Assembly (NCBI GenBank): GCA_002311835.1
Contig: DBZY01000094.1
Coordinates: forward strand, 44,669 to 82,596
Length of the DNA stretch: 37,928 nucleotides
Direction of reading: 5' to 3'
Source of the DNA: Proteobacteria bacterium UBA1148
GTDB taxonomy: Bacteria > Pseudomonadota > Gammaproteobacteria > Steroidobacterales > Rariloculaceae
Below, piece by piece: positions 8,493-19,761 of this stretch. The translations under genes were made by a program, and so were the position numbers. How positions within the stretch are numbered: position 1 is the first letter of the stretch; each line of letters begins with the position of its first letter. The notes beneath the pieces were generated by a model. The model did no database searches, had not been told where the DNA came from, and was given only the letters and a program-made list of their open reading frames with translations.

Positions 8493-9569
8493 ATGGCGTT
8501 TCCGTGGAAGGTACTGGCTTTCGTGGCCCAATCGGTCGCAATCGGACTGGCGGCGGCGTTTCTAGTCATTCTTGCCAAACCCGAACTAGTGAATCTGGGG
8601 GTCCGGGTGGGGGTTCCGTCGACCAGTTACGCGAGCGCAGTAAACGCTAGTGCGCCCGCGGTCGTTAGCTTGCAAACTGCTCAACTCGGGCAACGCAGCA
8701 GATTCACAACTGGCATAACGAGTCAGGGCCTAGGGTCCGGCGTGATTATCAGCCAAGACGGGTATCTCGCAACCAATTGGCATGTGATCCGAGATGCTGA
8801 CCGGGTAGTCGTCCAGCTTGCAGATGGTAGAGTAGCGGAACCCGAGTTTGTGGGCGCGGACCCGGATACAGACCTAGCACTCCTCAAGATTGATTTGCCA
8901 GACCTACCGTCCATTGAACTAGGTCGCAGCGACACCTTGGAGATTGGTGAAATCGTCCTAGCAATAGGCAATCCCTACGGCCTGAGCCAAACCGTTACCC
9001 TCGGCATAATCAGTGCGACAGGTCGTGGTCTCGGCCTGACAAATTTCGAGAATTTCATCCAAACCGATGCGGCCATCAACATCGGAAACTCTGGTGGCGC
9101 CCTAGTCAATGCACGGGGCGAATTGATCGGTATAAACACCGCGCGTTTTTCCTCCAACCAAGGTGTTCCGGATGGAATAGGATTTGCAATTCCAGTAAAT
9201 CTTGTCCGTGGTGTGATTGCAGAATTAATTGAAAACGGTCGCGTCGTCCGCGGTTGGTTAGGCGTAGATACTCGCGACTTTCCGAGCTCCCAAGCAGAGT
9301 CTGTAGGAGTCACTGGCCCCGCGGTGGAATTGCTACGGATCAGCGGACCAGCCGTAGCCGCAGGTTTACAACCCAGAGACATCATTACCCATATCAACGG
9401 AGAACGTGTCTTAAATCAAAATCAGGCTATGAATCTCGTGGCGGGAGTTCGTCCTGGGCTAACAATTCAAATCCGAGGATTCAGGCCTGGGTCCGGAGTA
9501 TTTGAAACAATGGCTGTGTTGGAAGAGCGCCCATCTGTGCTTGTTCCATCGGCCGCATCCGGCGGCTAG
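8493..9569 (+). CDS. degS: HtrA-family serine protease DegS/AlgW
   Basis: N-terminal TM anchor, catalytic triad in TNWHV, DTDLA and GNSGG, single C-terminal PDZ domain (RGWLGV); convergent with murA. Confidence 0.88.
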   Translation: MAFPWKVLAFVAQSVAIGLAAAFLVILAKPELVNLGVRVGVPSTSYASAVNASAPAVVSLQTAQLGQRSRFTTGITSQGLGSGVIISQDGYLATNWHVIRDADRVVVQLADGRVAEPEFVGADPDTDLALLKIDLPDLPSIELGRSDTLEIGEIVLAIGNPYGLSQTVTLGIISATGRGLGLTNFENFIQTDAAINIGNSGGALVNARGELIGINTARFSSNQGVPDGIGFAIPVNLVRGVIAELIENGRVVRGWLGVDTRDFPSSQAESVGVTGPAVELLRISGPAVAAGLQPRDIITHINGERVLNQNQAMNLVAGVRPGLTIQIRGFRPGSGVFETMAVLEERPSVLVPSAASGG

Positions 9570-9592
9570 CCCAACCCCCTTAGGCAGCCCCT

Positions 9593-10861
<1,269 letters not shown>

Positions 10862-10865
10862 TCAA

Positions 10866-11108
10866 TCAGGCGTCCGAGGCCTGCCACTCCTCGGGAGTTA
10901 GTGTTTTAAGTGCTAGTGCGTGGATTTCCGTCCCCACTCGCTCACCCAAAGTTTCGTAGACAAGCTGATGACGGCGGACACTCCGCTCACCTTCAAAAAC
11001 CGATGCAACAACTAGTGCCTCGTAATGTCCCTGACCATCTGTGCGGACTTCAACCCGGGATCCTGGGAGACCAATTTCAATCAAACTCGCTATTTCCTTC
11101 GGATTCAT
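10866..11108 (-). CDS. ibaG: BolA/IbaG family protein
   Basis: DGQGHY, FEG...VRRHQLVY and IHALALKTLTPEEW motifs; directly upstream of murA; ATG at 11108. Confidence 0.92.
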   Translation of the reverse strand: MNPKEIASLIEIGLPGSRVEVRTDGQGHYEALVVASVFEGERSVRRHQLVYETLGERVGTEIHALALKTLTPEEWQASDA

Positions 11109-11212
11109 ACTGCAAAACCCCCCGTACACCCTGAACCCGGATAGTCTAACCCACCGTCAGCAATGACCAAACCAACATACCTAACGGTGCGGGCTGCTAG
11201 AATTGCAATTCT

Positions 11213-12205
11213 ATGTCTAAAAAATTCCAGGCAATCGACTCTTTGACTGTGGCGCGACGCGTATTGAAAATTGAGTCGGACGCTATTAGGTCCCTGATCC
11301 CCAGGTTAGGTGAAGAGATACTAGAGGCATGTCAGATCTGCTTAAAAGCCCAGAAAAACCAGGCGCGGATCGTGGTAATCGGCATGGGTAAATCGGGACA
11401 TATCGGTAGTAAAATTGCTGCAACCCTAGCAAGCACAGGATCACCTTCGTTTTTTGTCCATGCTGGAGAGGCTCTACACGGCGATATGGGCATGATCACC
11501 TCTCACGATGTAGTTCTGGCAATTTCTAACTCCGGTGAGACCGATGAAATCGCATCTATCCTACCTCTGATAAAACGGCTTAATTTGCCTCTGATAACAA
11601 TGACGGGCAACCCAAACTCAACCTTCGCGAAAGCGGCAACTATCAACATCGACATCAGCGTTGCTGAGGAAGCCTGTCCACTTAATCTCACACCAACCGC
11701 AAGTACCACAGCTGCTTTGGCCATGGGAGACGCCCTCGCGATAGTACTATTGGAAAAGCGGGGGTTCAAAGAAGAGGACTTTGCAAGCTTTCACCCCGGA
11801 GGGGTCCTTGGTAAACGACTGCTCGTGCGAGTTGAAGACATCATGCATACGGGTAATGACCTCCCACGTGTTACCTCCAATACACCAGTGAGTGAGGGAC
11901 TCTTGGAAATGTCACAGAAAAACCTTGGGATTACCGCCGTCGTCGGAGATGATGATCAGCTGCAGGGAGTATTTAGCGATGGCGATCTTCGCCGCACCAT
12001 CGACCAGCAGATTGATATACATACAACCAGCATTAGTGAAGTAATGACGGCGGGAGGAAAAAATATTCGTCAAAGCTGTCTTGCGGTGGAAGCACTGCAC
12101 CTTATGGAAGCTCACGGGATCACGGCCCTACTCGTGCTCAATGAGAAGGATCAACTCGTTGGTGCACTTAATATCCATGACCTGTTTCGCGCTGGAGTTA
12201 TGTAG
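11213..12205 (+). CDS. kdsD: Arabinose-5-phosphate isomerase KdsD (KpsF/GutQ)
   Basis: SIS domain (GMGKSGHIG, HGDMG, EACPLNL.PT.STT, FHPGG.LG) followed by two CBS domains. Confidence 0.96.
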   Translation: MSKKFQAIDSLTVARRVLKIESDAIRSLIPRLGEEILEACQICLKAQKNQARIVVIGMGKSGHIGSKIAATLASTGSPSFFVHAGEALHGDMGMITSHDVVLAISNSGETDEIASILPLIKRLNLPLITMTGNPNSTFAKAATINIDISVAEEACPLNLTPTASTTAALAMGDALAIVLLEKRGFKEEDFASFHPGGVLGKRLLVRVEDIMHTGNDLPRVTSNTPVSEGLLEMSQKNLGITAVVGDDDQLQGVFSDGDLRRTIDQQIDIHTTSISEVMTAGGKNIRQSCLAVEALHLMEAHGITALLVLNEKDQLVGALNIHDLFRAGVM

Positions 12206-12696
12206 TGGAACAACAGACATTGAAGCGTGCAAAAGGGATTAAGTTGCTCGTGCTTGACGTCGATGGTGTGCTCACAGATGGCGGTCTTTACTACGGCACC
12301 GATGGTGAAATACTTAAAAAATTTCATGTGCACGATGGTGCGGGAATAAAGGTCGTACTGGGGACAGGTATACAGGTTGCAATAATATCGTCTCGACAGA
12401 CACTAGCTGTTGACATCAGAATGGACGAGCTGGGAGTCTCGAACGTTTTGCAGGGAGTCCAAGACAAATTCGAATCTCTAAATAACCTAGTGAAACATCT
12501 GGACATTAAATTGGATGCAGTCGCTTGCGTAGGTGATGACGTAGCAGATATCCCAATGATGCGCTGTGTAGGTCTGGCAGTTGCTGTGGCGAATGCAAGA
12601 CAACAGGTAAAAGAATCCGCACACTACTCCACCTCAGCAAAGGGAGGTCATGGTGCCGTACGCGAAGTCTGCGATTTACTGCTGGTAGCCCGCTAG
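12205..12696 (+). CDS. kdsC: KDO-8-phosphate phosphatase KdsC
   Basis: HAD motif DVDGVLTDG, GDDVAD and GGHGAVREVCD. GTG start overlaps the kdsD stop. Confidence 0.95.
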   Translation: MEQQTLKRAKGIKLLVLDVDGVLTDGGLYYGTDGEILKKFHVHDGAGIKVVLGTGIQVAIISSRQTLAVDIRMDELGVSNVLQGVQDKFESLNNLVKHLDIKLDAVACVGDDVADIPMMRCVGLAVAVANARQQVKESAHYSTSAKGGHGAVREVCDLLLVAR

Positions 12697-12709
12697 GAAC
12701 GCCCTCAAG

Positions 12710-13276
12710 ATGTATTTAAACCTTAAGAATGTGCTTGGAGCCACCCTCCTAGTATCAATCGCGCTATTGAGTTGGCTATGGAATCGTCGGACCGTTGAGG
12801 ATGAGCCGCGGGTGGCGGCATCCATATCTGGACCTTTAGGGTACTACTTAAACGATGCGAGGATCATGGGAACGGGTGAGGATGGTCAACCGCTCTACCG
12901 GATCCAGGCAGGTAGCGCCGTGGAACACCCGGATGAAGGACGTTTGGTGCTCAATAATGTCACCGTTGAATTCCAGCCTGAGCACGATGTTCCATGGGTC
13001 CTAAAAGCAATCCGTGGTGAGATACACACTAATGAGTCTTATCTGGATCTGACAGGGAATGTGGAACTTGCCACCTCCCCGGAGGGAGGGTTAGCCCCTA
13101 CGATCATTCGTACAACCCAGCTACGACTAGATCTACTAAATTTTGTAGCCTCAACTAATGCATCCATTAGCATATTCATCGGAACCCAGCGGCTGAATGC
13201 TGTAGGGATGCGGGCTGACTTGAAGACCGATAACTTAGCGCTAGAATCCAACGTACATGGTCAATTTCTCCCTTAA
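12710..13276 (+). CDS. lptC: LPS export protein LptC
   Basis: Single N-terminal TM, beta-rich body ending LESNVHGQF; located between kdsC and lptA. Confidence 0.88.
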   Translation: MYLNLKNVLGATLLVSIALLSWLWNRRTVEDEPRVAASISGPLGYYLNDARIMGTGEDGQPLYRIQAGSAVEHPDEGRLVLNNVTVEFQPEHDVPWVLKAIRGEIHTNESYLDLTGNVELATSPEGGLAPTIIRTTQLRLDLLNFVASTNASISIFIGTQRLNAVGMRADLKTDNLALESNVHGQFLP

Positions 13277-13889
13277 TCTGAGAATGGGGTTGACGCCCTT
13301 TATTCTCCTCCCCATCTTTGCAATAGCCCAACAAGGAGGGGGGCCTTCTCCTATCTCTCTTGACGCTGATTCATCATCATTCGATAGACAATCGAATGAT
13401 GTCATCTTCAATGGCCTAAGGATCACTCAAGGCGATTTCACAATTGAAGCCGATGAGGCCAAAGCTTCGGGACTCGACTTCGAGAAAAGTGAGTGGTTTT
13501 TTCAGGGAAACGTGCGCATTGCGATCGATTCGGCAATCATTGAGTCTTCCACAGCTGAATTGACGTTTGAGGGACATGCGCTCTTGGTCGTGAAACTTCG
13601 TGGCAATCCTGCGGTGTTCCAGGATTTTAGCGCTGTGCGCGAAGAAACCATACAAGGAGGGGCGTCACTGCTAGAGTTTGACAGCGTAGAGCGAACACTC
13701 CGAATGACAGATGGCGCCTGGCTCAGCGAAGGTTCTAATGAATTCAGAGGTTGCGATCTGATTTACGACATTGATGAAGAAAAGATCACGTCTGGTTCAT
13801 CCGATTGCGGAGAGCCCATTTTAATCACGGTCCTGCCACCGACAGCAGATGAAGAAGTGCCTACTCCGGGTACTGCCACCTCGCCGTGA
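13257..13889 (+). CDS. lptA: LPS transport periplasmic protein LptA (OstA family)
   Basis: Signal peptide, [25 protein letters not shown] and G..I.YD motifs; between lptC and lptB. Confidence 0.87.
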   Translation: MVNFSLNLRMGLTPFILLPIFAIAQQGGGPSPISLDADSSSFDRQSNDVIFNGLRITQGDFTIEADEAKASGLDFEKSEWFFQGNVRIAIDSAIIESSTAELTFEGHALLVVKLRGNPAVFQDFSAVREETIQGGASLLEFDSVERTLRMTDGAWLSEGSNEFRGCDLIYDIDEEKITSGSSDCGEPILITVLPPTADEEVPTPGTATSP

Positions 13890-14611
13890 GTAAACTCGAA
13901 GCGCTTGGTATCGCCAAGCGTTATCGAACACGTGAAGTGGTAAAAGATCTTTCTATCTCGATCGAGAGCGGGGAAGTTGTTGGCCTACTTGGGCCCAATG
14001 GGGCAGGCAAGACCACCGCATTTTATATGATCGTTGGGTTGCTCCCATGTGACCAAGGAAAAATCATTCTAAATGGGAAAGATGTCACACGCCTTCCCGT
14101 ACACAGGCGGGCCCAGCGTGGCCTGGGCTACTTACCACAAGAAGCCTCGGTATTTCGGAAGCTCAGTGTGGCGGACAACATTTATGCCATTTTGCAGACT
14201 CGGTCAGACCTAGATCGCGCTGCACGACAGGCTCTCAGGGAGAAACTCTTGGAGGATCTCCATATCACTCATGTCCGGGATAGTCTTGGTATTTCTCTCT
14301 CCGGAGGAGAACGACGGCGAGTTGAAATCGCTCGGGCACTGGCAGTCGAGCCCAAGTTTATTTTGCTCGACGAGCCTTTCGCTGGTATAGATCCTATTTC
14401 CGTCCTGGATATTCAAAGAATTATTCGTCACTTAACACAAAGAAATATTGGCGTCCTGATTACGGATCACAATGTGCGAGAGACCCTTGGAATCTGCGGA
14501 CACGCCTATATCTTGAATAATGGGAGGTTAATGGCGGCAGGGACTCCAGATGAGATTTTATCGAATCAGAACGTGCGCGATGTCTATCTTGGAGATAGCT
14601 TCTCCCTTTAG
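13886..14611 (+). CDS. lptB: LPS export ABC ATPase LptB
   Basis: [37 protein letters not shown] and TDHNVRETL motifs. Confidence 0.98.
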   Translation: MSKLEALGIAKRYRTREVVKDLSISIESGEVVGLLGPNGAGKTTAFYMIVGLLPCDQGKIILNGKDVTRLPVHRRAQRGLGYLPQEASVFRKLSVADNIYAILQTRSDLDRAARQALREKLLEDLHITHVRDSLGISLSGGERRRVEIARALAVEPKFILLDEPFAGIDPISVLDIQRIIRHLTQRNIGVLITDHNVRETLGICGHAYILNNGRLMAAGTPDEILSNQNVRDVYLGDSFSL

Positions 14612-14626
14612 GACAGTGTGACTCCA

Positions 14627-16006
14627 ATGCTGAAGCCTTTGCTGCAACTCAAGCTCTCTCAGCAGCTGAAAATGACGCCCCAGCTGCAACAGGCACTCCG
14701 TCTCTTGCAACTGCCAATCTTAGCTCTCGAGGCCTACATTCTGGAGGCTTTAGATGAAAACGTGATGTTGGAAAAAGTTGAAGATCTAGATGAAATCGAT
14801 GTCATCGAACCCGACTGGACAGATATCCAGACAACAAAAGTGTCGGACAAACCAACGGATCCAAAATTTCAAGGCCCTGACGATAATCAGCACCTCTTGC
14901 CGTTGCAAGAGACGCTGACAGATCACCTGCTTTGGCAATTGAATCTTTCGGATCTAAGCTCAAGAGCTAAAACCATCGGACAGGTCGTCATAGGCGGGAT
15001 TAACGAAAACGGCTATCTGGAAGATGACACTGAGACGATTCAGTCCACGCTAGCAGCAGATCTGCCAAGCAGTATTGATGAGATTGAGGAAGTTATCAAA
15101 CTCGTACAGCAGTTTGATCCAGCGGGGATTGGTGCACGGTCACCAAGCGAATGCATATCACTTCAACTGGATCAGCTCGACCCGTCTACTCCAGGACTAA
15201 GCCTCGCGCGCACTGTCGCATATAAACACTTAGAACTATATGCAAATCACAAACGTCAACCAAAAACCCTCAAAACTCTCAGGCGGCTTTTACAAGTGTC
15301 CGATGAAGATTTCAAAAATGCTCTGCTTCTTGTGAAAAATTGCAACCCTTACCCTGGCGCTTCCATAAACGTGCCCACCGCAGAATACGTAGTACCAGAT
15401 GTTTACGTGCAAGAAAAAAATGGTAGCTGGGTTATCAAAATCAATAATTCTATTGTATCTCAACTTAGAATTAATCAAATCTACGCGAAAGCTCTTGGAC
15501 GTAAGGGGGAATATGATGAAAAGCTTAGTACCCAATTAATAGAAGCCAAGTGGCTTATTCGAAGTTTAAAAGAGAGAGAAGAAACGCTAAGGAAAGTAGC
15601 CATTACCATCGTGGACAGACAGAAAGAATTTTTGCGGCACGGAGAAGAACATATGCGCCCAATGGTCTTTCGGGATATAGCCGAGGCAATTGGTGTTGTG
15701 GAATCGACAGTTTCCCGAATTATAAAAGATAAATATATGAATACGCCGAGGGGTACTGTCCCATTTCGCTCTTTTTTCTCAAGTCATTTATCCAGCGATG
15801 ACGGAGAAAAATCTTCAACAGCTGTTAAAGCCAAGATTCGAAAACTCATATCAGCTGAAAATCCCATGAAACCATTGAGTGACGAAAAGGTTACCAAGTC
15901 GCTTTCCGCAAACGGCATTAAAATCTCGCGCCGAGCCGTCGCAAAGTATCGGAAAGAAATGAAAATCGCCTCCTCGAGTCAAAGAAAACACTCTAAAATG
16001 GTATAG
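14627..16006 (+). CDS. rpoN: RNA polymerase sigma-54 factor (divergent)
   Basis: Region I (QQLKMTPQLQQALRLLQL), FDPAGIGAR, YVVPDV, HTH DIAEAIG..ESTVSR and RpoN-box-like SRRAVAKYR; follows lptB. Start is ATG 14627 or GTG 14618. Confidence 0.93.
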   Translation: MLKPLLQLKLSQQLKMTPQLQQALRLLQLPILALEAYILEALDENVMLEKVEDLDEIDVIEPDWTDIQTTKVSDKPTDPKFQGPDDNQHLLPLQETLTDHLLWQLNLSDLSSRAKTIGQVVIGGINENGYLEDDTETIQSTLAADLPSSIDEIEEVIKLVQQFDPAGIGARSPSECISLQLDQLDPSTPGLSLARTVAYKHLELYANHKRQPKTLKTLRRLLQVSDEDFKNALLLVKNCNPYPGASINVPTAEYVVPDVYVQEKNGSWVIKINNSIVSQLRINQIYAKALGRKGEYDEKLSTQLIEAKWLIRSLKEREETLRKVAITIVDRQKEFLRHGEEHMRPMVFRDIAEAIGVVESTVSRIIKDKYMNTPRGTVPFRSFFSSHLSSDDGEKSSTAVKAKIRKLISAENPMKPLSDEKVTKSLSANGIKISRRAVAKYRKEMKIASSSQRKHSKMV

Positions 16007-16030
16007 GTAAATAAGTGCAGGGGCTATAAC

Positions 16031-16144
16031 GCGCGATTAAATATTAATGATTATTATGTAGATATTACACCTCCTCTCCGTAACCATGTTGATAATAAAC
16101 TTGTGCGCTATTTTGACAATGTGGAAAATATTCTCTGTATTCAA
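16031..16144 (+). pseudogene. hpf: Remnant of the ribosome hibernation promoting factor (hpf/raiA) N-terminus
   Basis: Reads ARLNINDYYVDITPPLRNHVDNKLVRYFDNVENILCIQ, versus HPF MQLNITGHHV[ED]ITPALR.YV..KL.RL.R[HY]FD. The start codon position is GCG with an SD-like AGGGG upstream; it sits in the hpf slot directly after rpoN. Confidence 0.75.
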
Positions 16145-16186
16145 CGGTGTCTCACGGCCAAGTCAAATCCTAATATCGGAGGAAAA

Positions 16187-17041
16187 ATGCGCCTAGTGGT
16201 CATCAGCGGACTGTCAGGTTCTGGGAAAAGTGTCGCTCTCAACGCACTGGAAGATGCTGGTTTCTATTGCATCGACAACATTCCTGTTGGTCTGTTGCGG
16301 TCCCTGGTGGAAGAGATAATTCCGCGAAGGGATTCTATCTATGACAATGTCGGGGTGGGATTAGATGCACGCAACACCCCCGATATCAAACATTTACCTG
16401 GGCTCGTTGAAAAACTTCGGCAAGAAAATACAGCCTGTGAAGTCATATTTCTTCAAGCCAACGACGATATTTTATTGTCTCGGTTCAGCGAAACACGAAG
16501 AAAACACCCACTTACATCGAATGACGTCAGTCTGGCAGAAGCAATAGCAAAAGAACGTGAGCTTCTAGAGTCTATCTTAGATATCGCCGACCTAATAGTA
16601 GACACCAGTCACACGAGTGTTTACGACCTCAGAGAGCTCATAAACAATCGAATTAAGAGTCGAAAAAAGGGCAAGATTTCTATACTGATTGAGTCTTTCG
16701 GCTACAAACATGGACTCCCAGCTGATGCTGACTTTGTCTTCGATGTACGCTGTCTTCCAAACCCCTACTGGGAGCCATCGCTTCGACCCTTGAACGGCCG
16801 AGACCAGCCTGTCAAAACCTTCCTGGACAATCAGCCACAAGTCCAAGCTATGATCGATGATATTGTGCAATTTCTTGAATGCTGGATACCGCAATATAGA
16901 GATTTTCAGTGTTCTTATCTGACGGTCGCTGTAGGTTGTACGGGAGGGCAGCACCGCTCAGTTTACATTACCGAGGCTGTTGCAAAAAAACTCTCAGTAG
17001 ATGAACCGATCCAGACACGTCATCATGAGCTCCCTAGCTAG
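16187..17041 (+). CDS. rapZ: RNase adapter protein RapZ (YhbJ)
   Basis: GLSGSGKS Walker A, ETRRKHPL, SFGYKHG, FDVRCLPNP and GCTGGQHRSV motifs; GGAGG RBS before ATG 16187. Confidence 0.96.
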   Translation: MRLVVISGLSGSGKSVALNALEDAGFYCIDNIPVGLLRSLVEEIIPRRDSIYDNVGVGLDARNTPDIKHLPGLVEKLRQENTACEVIFLQANDDILLSRFSETRRKHPLTSNDVSLAEAIAKERELLESILDIADLIVDTSHTSVYDLRELINNRIKSRKKGKISILIESFGYKHGLPADADFVFDVRCLPNPYWEPSLRPLNGRDQPVKTFLDNQPQVQAMIDDIVQFLECWIPQYRDFQCSYLTVAVGCTGGQHRSVYITEAVAKKLSVDEPIQTRHHELPS

Positions 17042-17069
17042 CTTGATGCGCCCTTAATGAATCCATTTT

Positions 17070-18209
17070 TTAGTCGAAGAGAAATGCCTTCAAATCATCC
17101 TCAACCTCCATCGCATCACGGGTCCCCATCTCGATCAGTTCTCGAGTGAATCCAGACTCAAACAGGAGGTAGCTAATGAGCATCATGCCGTCTCGGTTCA
17201 TAGCACCAAGACCACGGAGCAATAAACGTACAGCCCTAGGAAGCTCATGCACGTGACGCGCCGCAACTTGCCGCATATCTTCCTTTGGCGCGATGACAAG
17301 CGTACTCAACGGACGCAGCTGGGCGATAGAACCACTAAGCTCATGATCCAATTGCTCCAACATTATATTGATCCGCTTCAACCGCTCAAGATCTGAATAC
17401 AGCCCGTCCATAAACAACGTATCAAGCATGTACCCAGCCAAATGTGCCAGGTTAGGTACATCCGCCGGAATGGACTCGTTTGGCTCTGGATCAGAATGTT
17501 CATCGCGCACCCCTATCACCAACATTCGATCTGCGCCAAGGTGTATTGCCGAGCTCAATGGTGCACCGTGCCGCATCGCACCGTCACCAAAATAGTCACT
17601 ACCAATCTTTACAGGTGGAAAGACGAAGGGTACTGCTGAACTCGCCATTAGATGATCTATATCTATCTTCGTAGGTTTTCCGAACCGCCTCACACGGGCC
17701 CATGCCTTCAATGAGCTATCTCCCTGAAAAAAAGTTACCGAACGAGACGAACTGTAAGAGGATGCGGTGATCGCCAGTGCGTCAAGATGCCCCGCCTTAA
17801 TAGAACGTTCTATATTCTGTGGATTTATATTTTTGTCTAGCAACTCACGAAGCGGTTGATTGTCTAACAAAGATAGAGGATTTTTAACGCCCAACCCACC
17901 GAACACAACCGCGCTTAACCAGTGTAGGCTTGACCGGAGCATCGTCCAGCTATCCGAACGATAAACTTGGTGAACCTCAAAGTTAGACCAAACCCGCTCC
18001 ATTTCTGAGACAGCTAAAGCAAATTGAGAAGCGCCACTCGCAAGGACAGCGGCGTTAATTGCACCCGCTGATGTGCCGGAAATTACCGAGAATGGGTTAA
18101 CTGCACGCCTCGGCAAAAGGGTTGCGATCGCCTTCAGGACGCCGACTTGATATGCCCCTCGTGCCCCCGCTCCTGGGAGAATGAGGGCTTTCCGCTCAGA
18201 TTTAGCCAC
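17070..18209 (-). CDS. Patatin-like phospholipase
   Basis: GAGARG glycine loop, GTSAG nucleophile and DGA catalytic Asp. Start uncertain (GTG 18209 or 18218), overlapping the pyk stop. Confidence 0.9.
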   Translation of the reverse strand: MAKSERKALILPGAGARGAYQVGVLKAIATLLPRRAVNPFSVISGTSAGAINAAVLASGASQFALAVSEMERVWSNFEVHQVYRSDSWTMLRSSLHWLSAVVFGGLGVKNPLSLLDNQPLRELLDKNINPQNIERSIKAGHLDALAITASSYSSSRSVTFFQGDSSLKAWARVRRFGKPTKIDIDHLMASSAVPFVFPPVKIGSDYFGDGAMRHGAPLSSAIHLGADRMLVIGVRDEHSDPEPNESIPADVPNLAHLAGYMLDTLFMDGLYSDLERLKRINIMLEQLDHELSGSIAQLRPLSTLVIAPKEDMRQVAARHVHELPRAVRLLLRGLGAMNRDGMMLISYLLFESGFTRELIEMGTRDAMEVEDDLKAFLFD

Positions 18210-19701
18210 GCTCCTCACTGCCCGAATTACTGTTACTGCGACCCTCGGAGCCCACCTCCAATATTCGCAACGTGTTCGTGCGCCCTGCGACACCCGCCAT
18301 ATCTCCACTCGTAAATAACACTAGGTCTCCAGAGCGTACCGCCCCCACCTTCTCCAGTACCTCAATCGCACTTTGGTAAATACGTCCAGACTCAATACGA
18401 ACAACGTCAAAAGACGCGGGATACACTCCTCGATAAAGTGCAACGCGTCGACGTGTAGCCTCGTGCCTGGTAAATGCGTAAATGGGGATATCGCTGCGTA
18501 CCCTGGACATCCACAAACTAGTTGCACCAGATTCAGTAAACGCAATAATGGCGCTCACCTGAAGGTGGTTTGCGGTGTACATAGCCGCTAATGCGATTGC
18601 CTCATCGATATAAGTGAAAACGTCTTCTATACGATAGTTCCTAGGCCTACGGAATGTTTCATGCTTTTCCGCTCCTATGCATAATTCACTCATGGTCTGC
18701 ACGGCTTGTGCCGGAAATTTCCCAACCGCAGTTTCTGCAGATAGCATAACTGCATCCGTACCATCCATAACCGCATTCGCGACATCGGAAACTTCAGCTC
18801 GAGTCGGTGATGGATGCATGATCATCGATTCCAGCATCTGAGTGGCTGTGATGGATATTTTGTTCTGGGCTCGGGTCTGCTTAATAAGACTTTTCTGTAA
18901 TCCGGTCATCGCCGCATAGCCGATTTCGACGGCCAAGTCACCGCGAGCCACCATGATTACGTCACTAGCTTCAATGATTTCGGATATATTTTTGACGGCC
19001 TCTGCCCGCTCAATCTTCGCTACGATATGTCCCTGCCCACCTGCTGCATGTAGCAAATCTCGAGCTTCATTTATGTCATCAGCATTCCTAGCAAAAGAAA
19101 CGGATACGAAATCCATCTCTAGCTCTGCAGCCGCAGTGATATCTATCCTGTCCTTGTCCGTCAGAGCAGGCGCCGACAACCCCCCACCCTGCTTGTTTAA
19201 GCCCTTGTGATCGGTAAGGATTCCACCTTCTTTCACCCTACAGCGGACCTGGCTACCGCTGATCATCGCAACTTCAAGGACAATCTGTCCGTCGTCCAAC
19301 AGCAGCACGTCTCCTGAGCGTACATCATTGATCAGATTTGGGTACGCAACCCCCACACAGGCTCCGTCACCATCATTGGACGCCAAGGCCGTGTCAAGTA
19401 CGAAATCTTGCCCGACCGCCAGTGTGACCGCCCCTTCCTTGAAAGACTCTATGCATATTTTTGGGCCCTGCAAGTCTCCCATGATCCCCACGTATCGGCC
19501 CAACTTTAATGCAATCTCTCGAACTTGTTTTACGCGTTCCCTCTGTTTTTCTGCTGCACCATGTGAAAAATTAAATCTCAGAACATCTGCGCCGGCGGAG
19601 ATAAGATCCTTGAGAATTTTGGGGTTATCAGTAGCCGGACCCAATGTAGCAACAATTTTTGTTCGTCGAAAGGAATCAAGGGTTTCTTCTGCCACGAGCA
19701 T
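18202..19701 (-). CDS. pyk: Pyruvate kinase
   Basis: RRTKIVATLGP, NFSHG, DLQGPK, AKIE, MVARGDL, TQMLESM, TRAEVSDVANA and DAVMLS motifs; AGGAG RBS. Confidence 0.97.
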   Translation of the reverse strand: MLVAEETLDSFRRTKIVATLGPATDNPKILKDLISAGADVLRFNFSHGAAEKQRERVKQVREIALKLGRYVGIMGDLQGPKICIESFKEGAVTLAVGQDFVLDTALASNDGDGACVGVAYPNLINDVRSGDVLLLDDGQIVLEVAMISGSQVRCRVKEGGILTDHKGLNKQGGGLSAPALTDKDRIDITAAAELEMDFVSVSFARNADDINEARDLLHAAGGQGHIVAKIERAEAVKNISEIIEASDVIMVARGDLAVEIGYAAMTGLQKSLIKQTRAQNKISITATQMLESMIMHPSPTRAEVSDVANAVMDGTDAVMLSAETAVGKFPAQAVQTMSELCIGAEKHETFRRPRNYRIEDVFTYIDEAIALAAMYTANHLQVSAIIAFTESGATSLWMSRVRSDIPIYAFTRHEATRRRVALYRGVYPASFDVVRIESGRIYQSAIEVLEKVGAVRSGDLVLFTSGDMAGVAGRTNTLRILEVGSEGRSNSNSGSEERG

Positions 19702-19761
19702 GCTCCTAGTGATTCATCGACTACTATAACCCCAGCCTAATTGCGGTATCGGCCGTTGTCT

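Noticed and set aside
10866-11212. Absence of mlaFEDCB between kdsD and ibaG, and of hisGDC after murA
   Set aside because: Direct kdsD-bolA-murA adjacency occurs in Xanthomonadales-type genomes and no relic is visible, so it is not evidence of loss.
16103-16186. N-terminal extension of RapZ in the ORF track
   Set aside because: ATG 16187 has a GGAGG RBS and matches the family start. The extension is explained by the hpf relic and is kept only as a hypothesis in findings.
18210-18308. Long starts for patatin, mpl (27565), hppA (31312), rsmI (4978), mraZ (3549) and lpoA (4949)
   Set aside because: They overlap neighbouring genes or regulatory sites and precede the family-typical N-terminus, so shorter starts were used.
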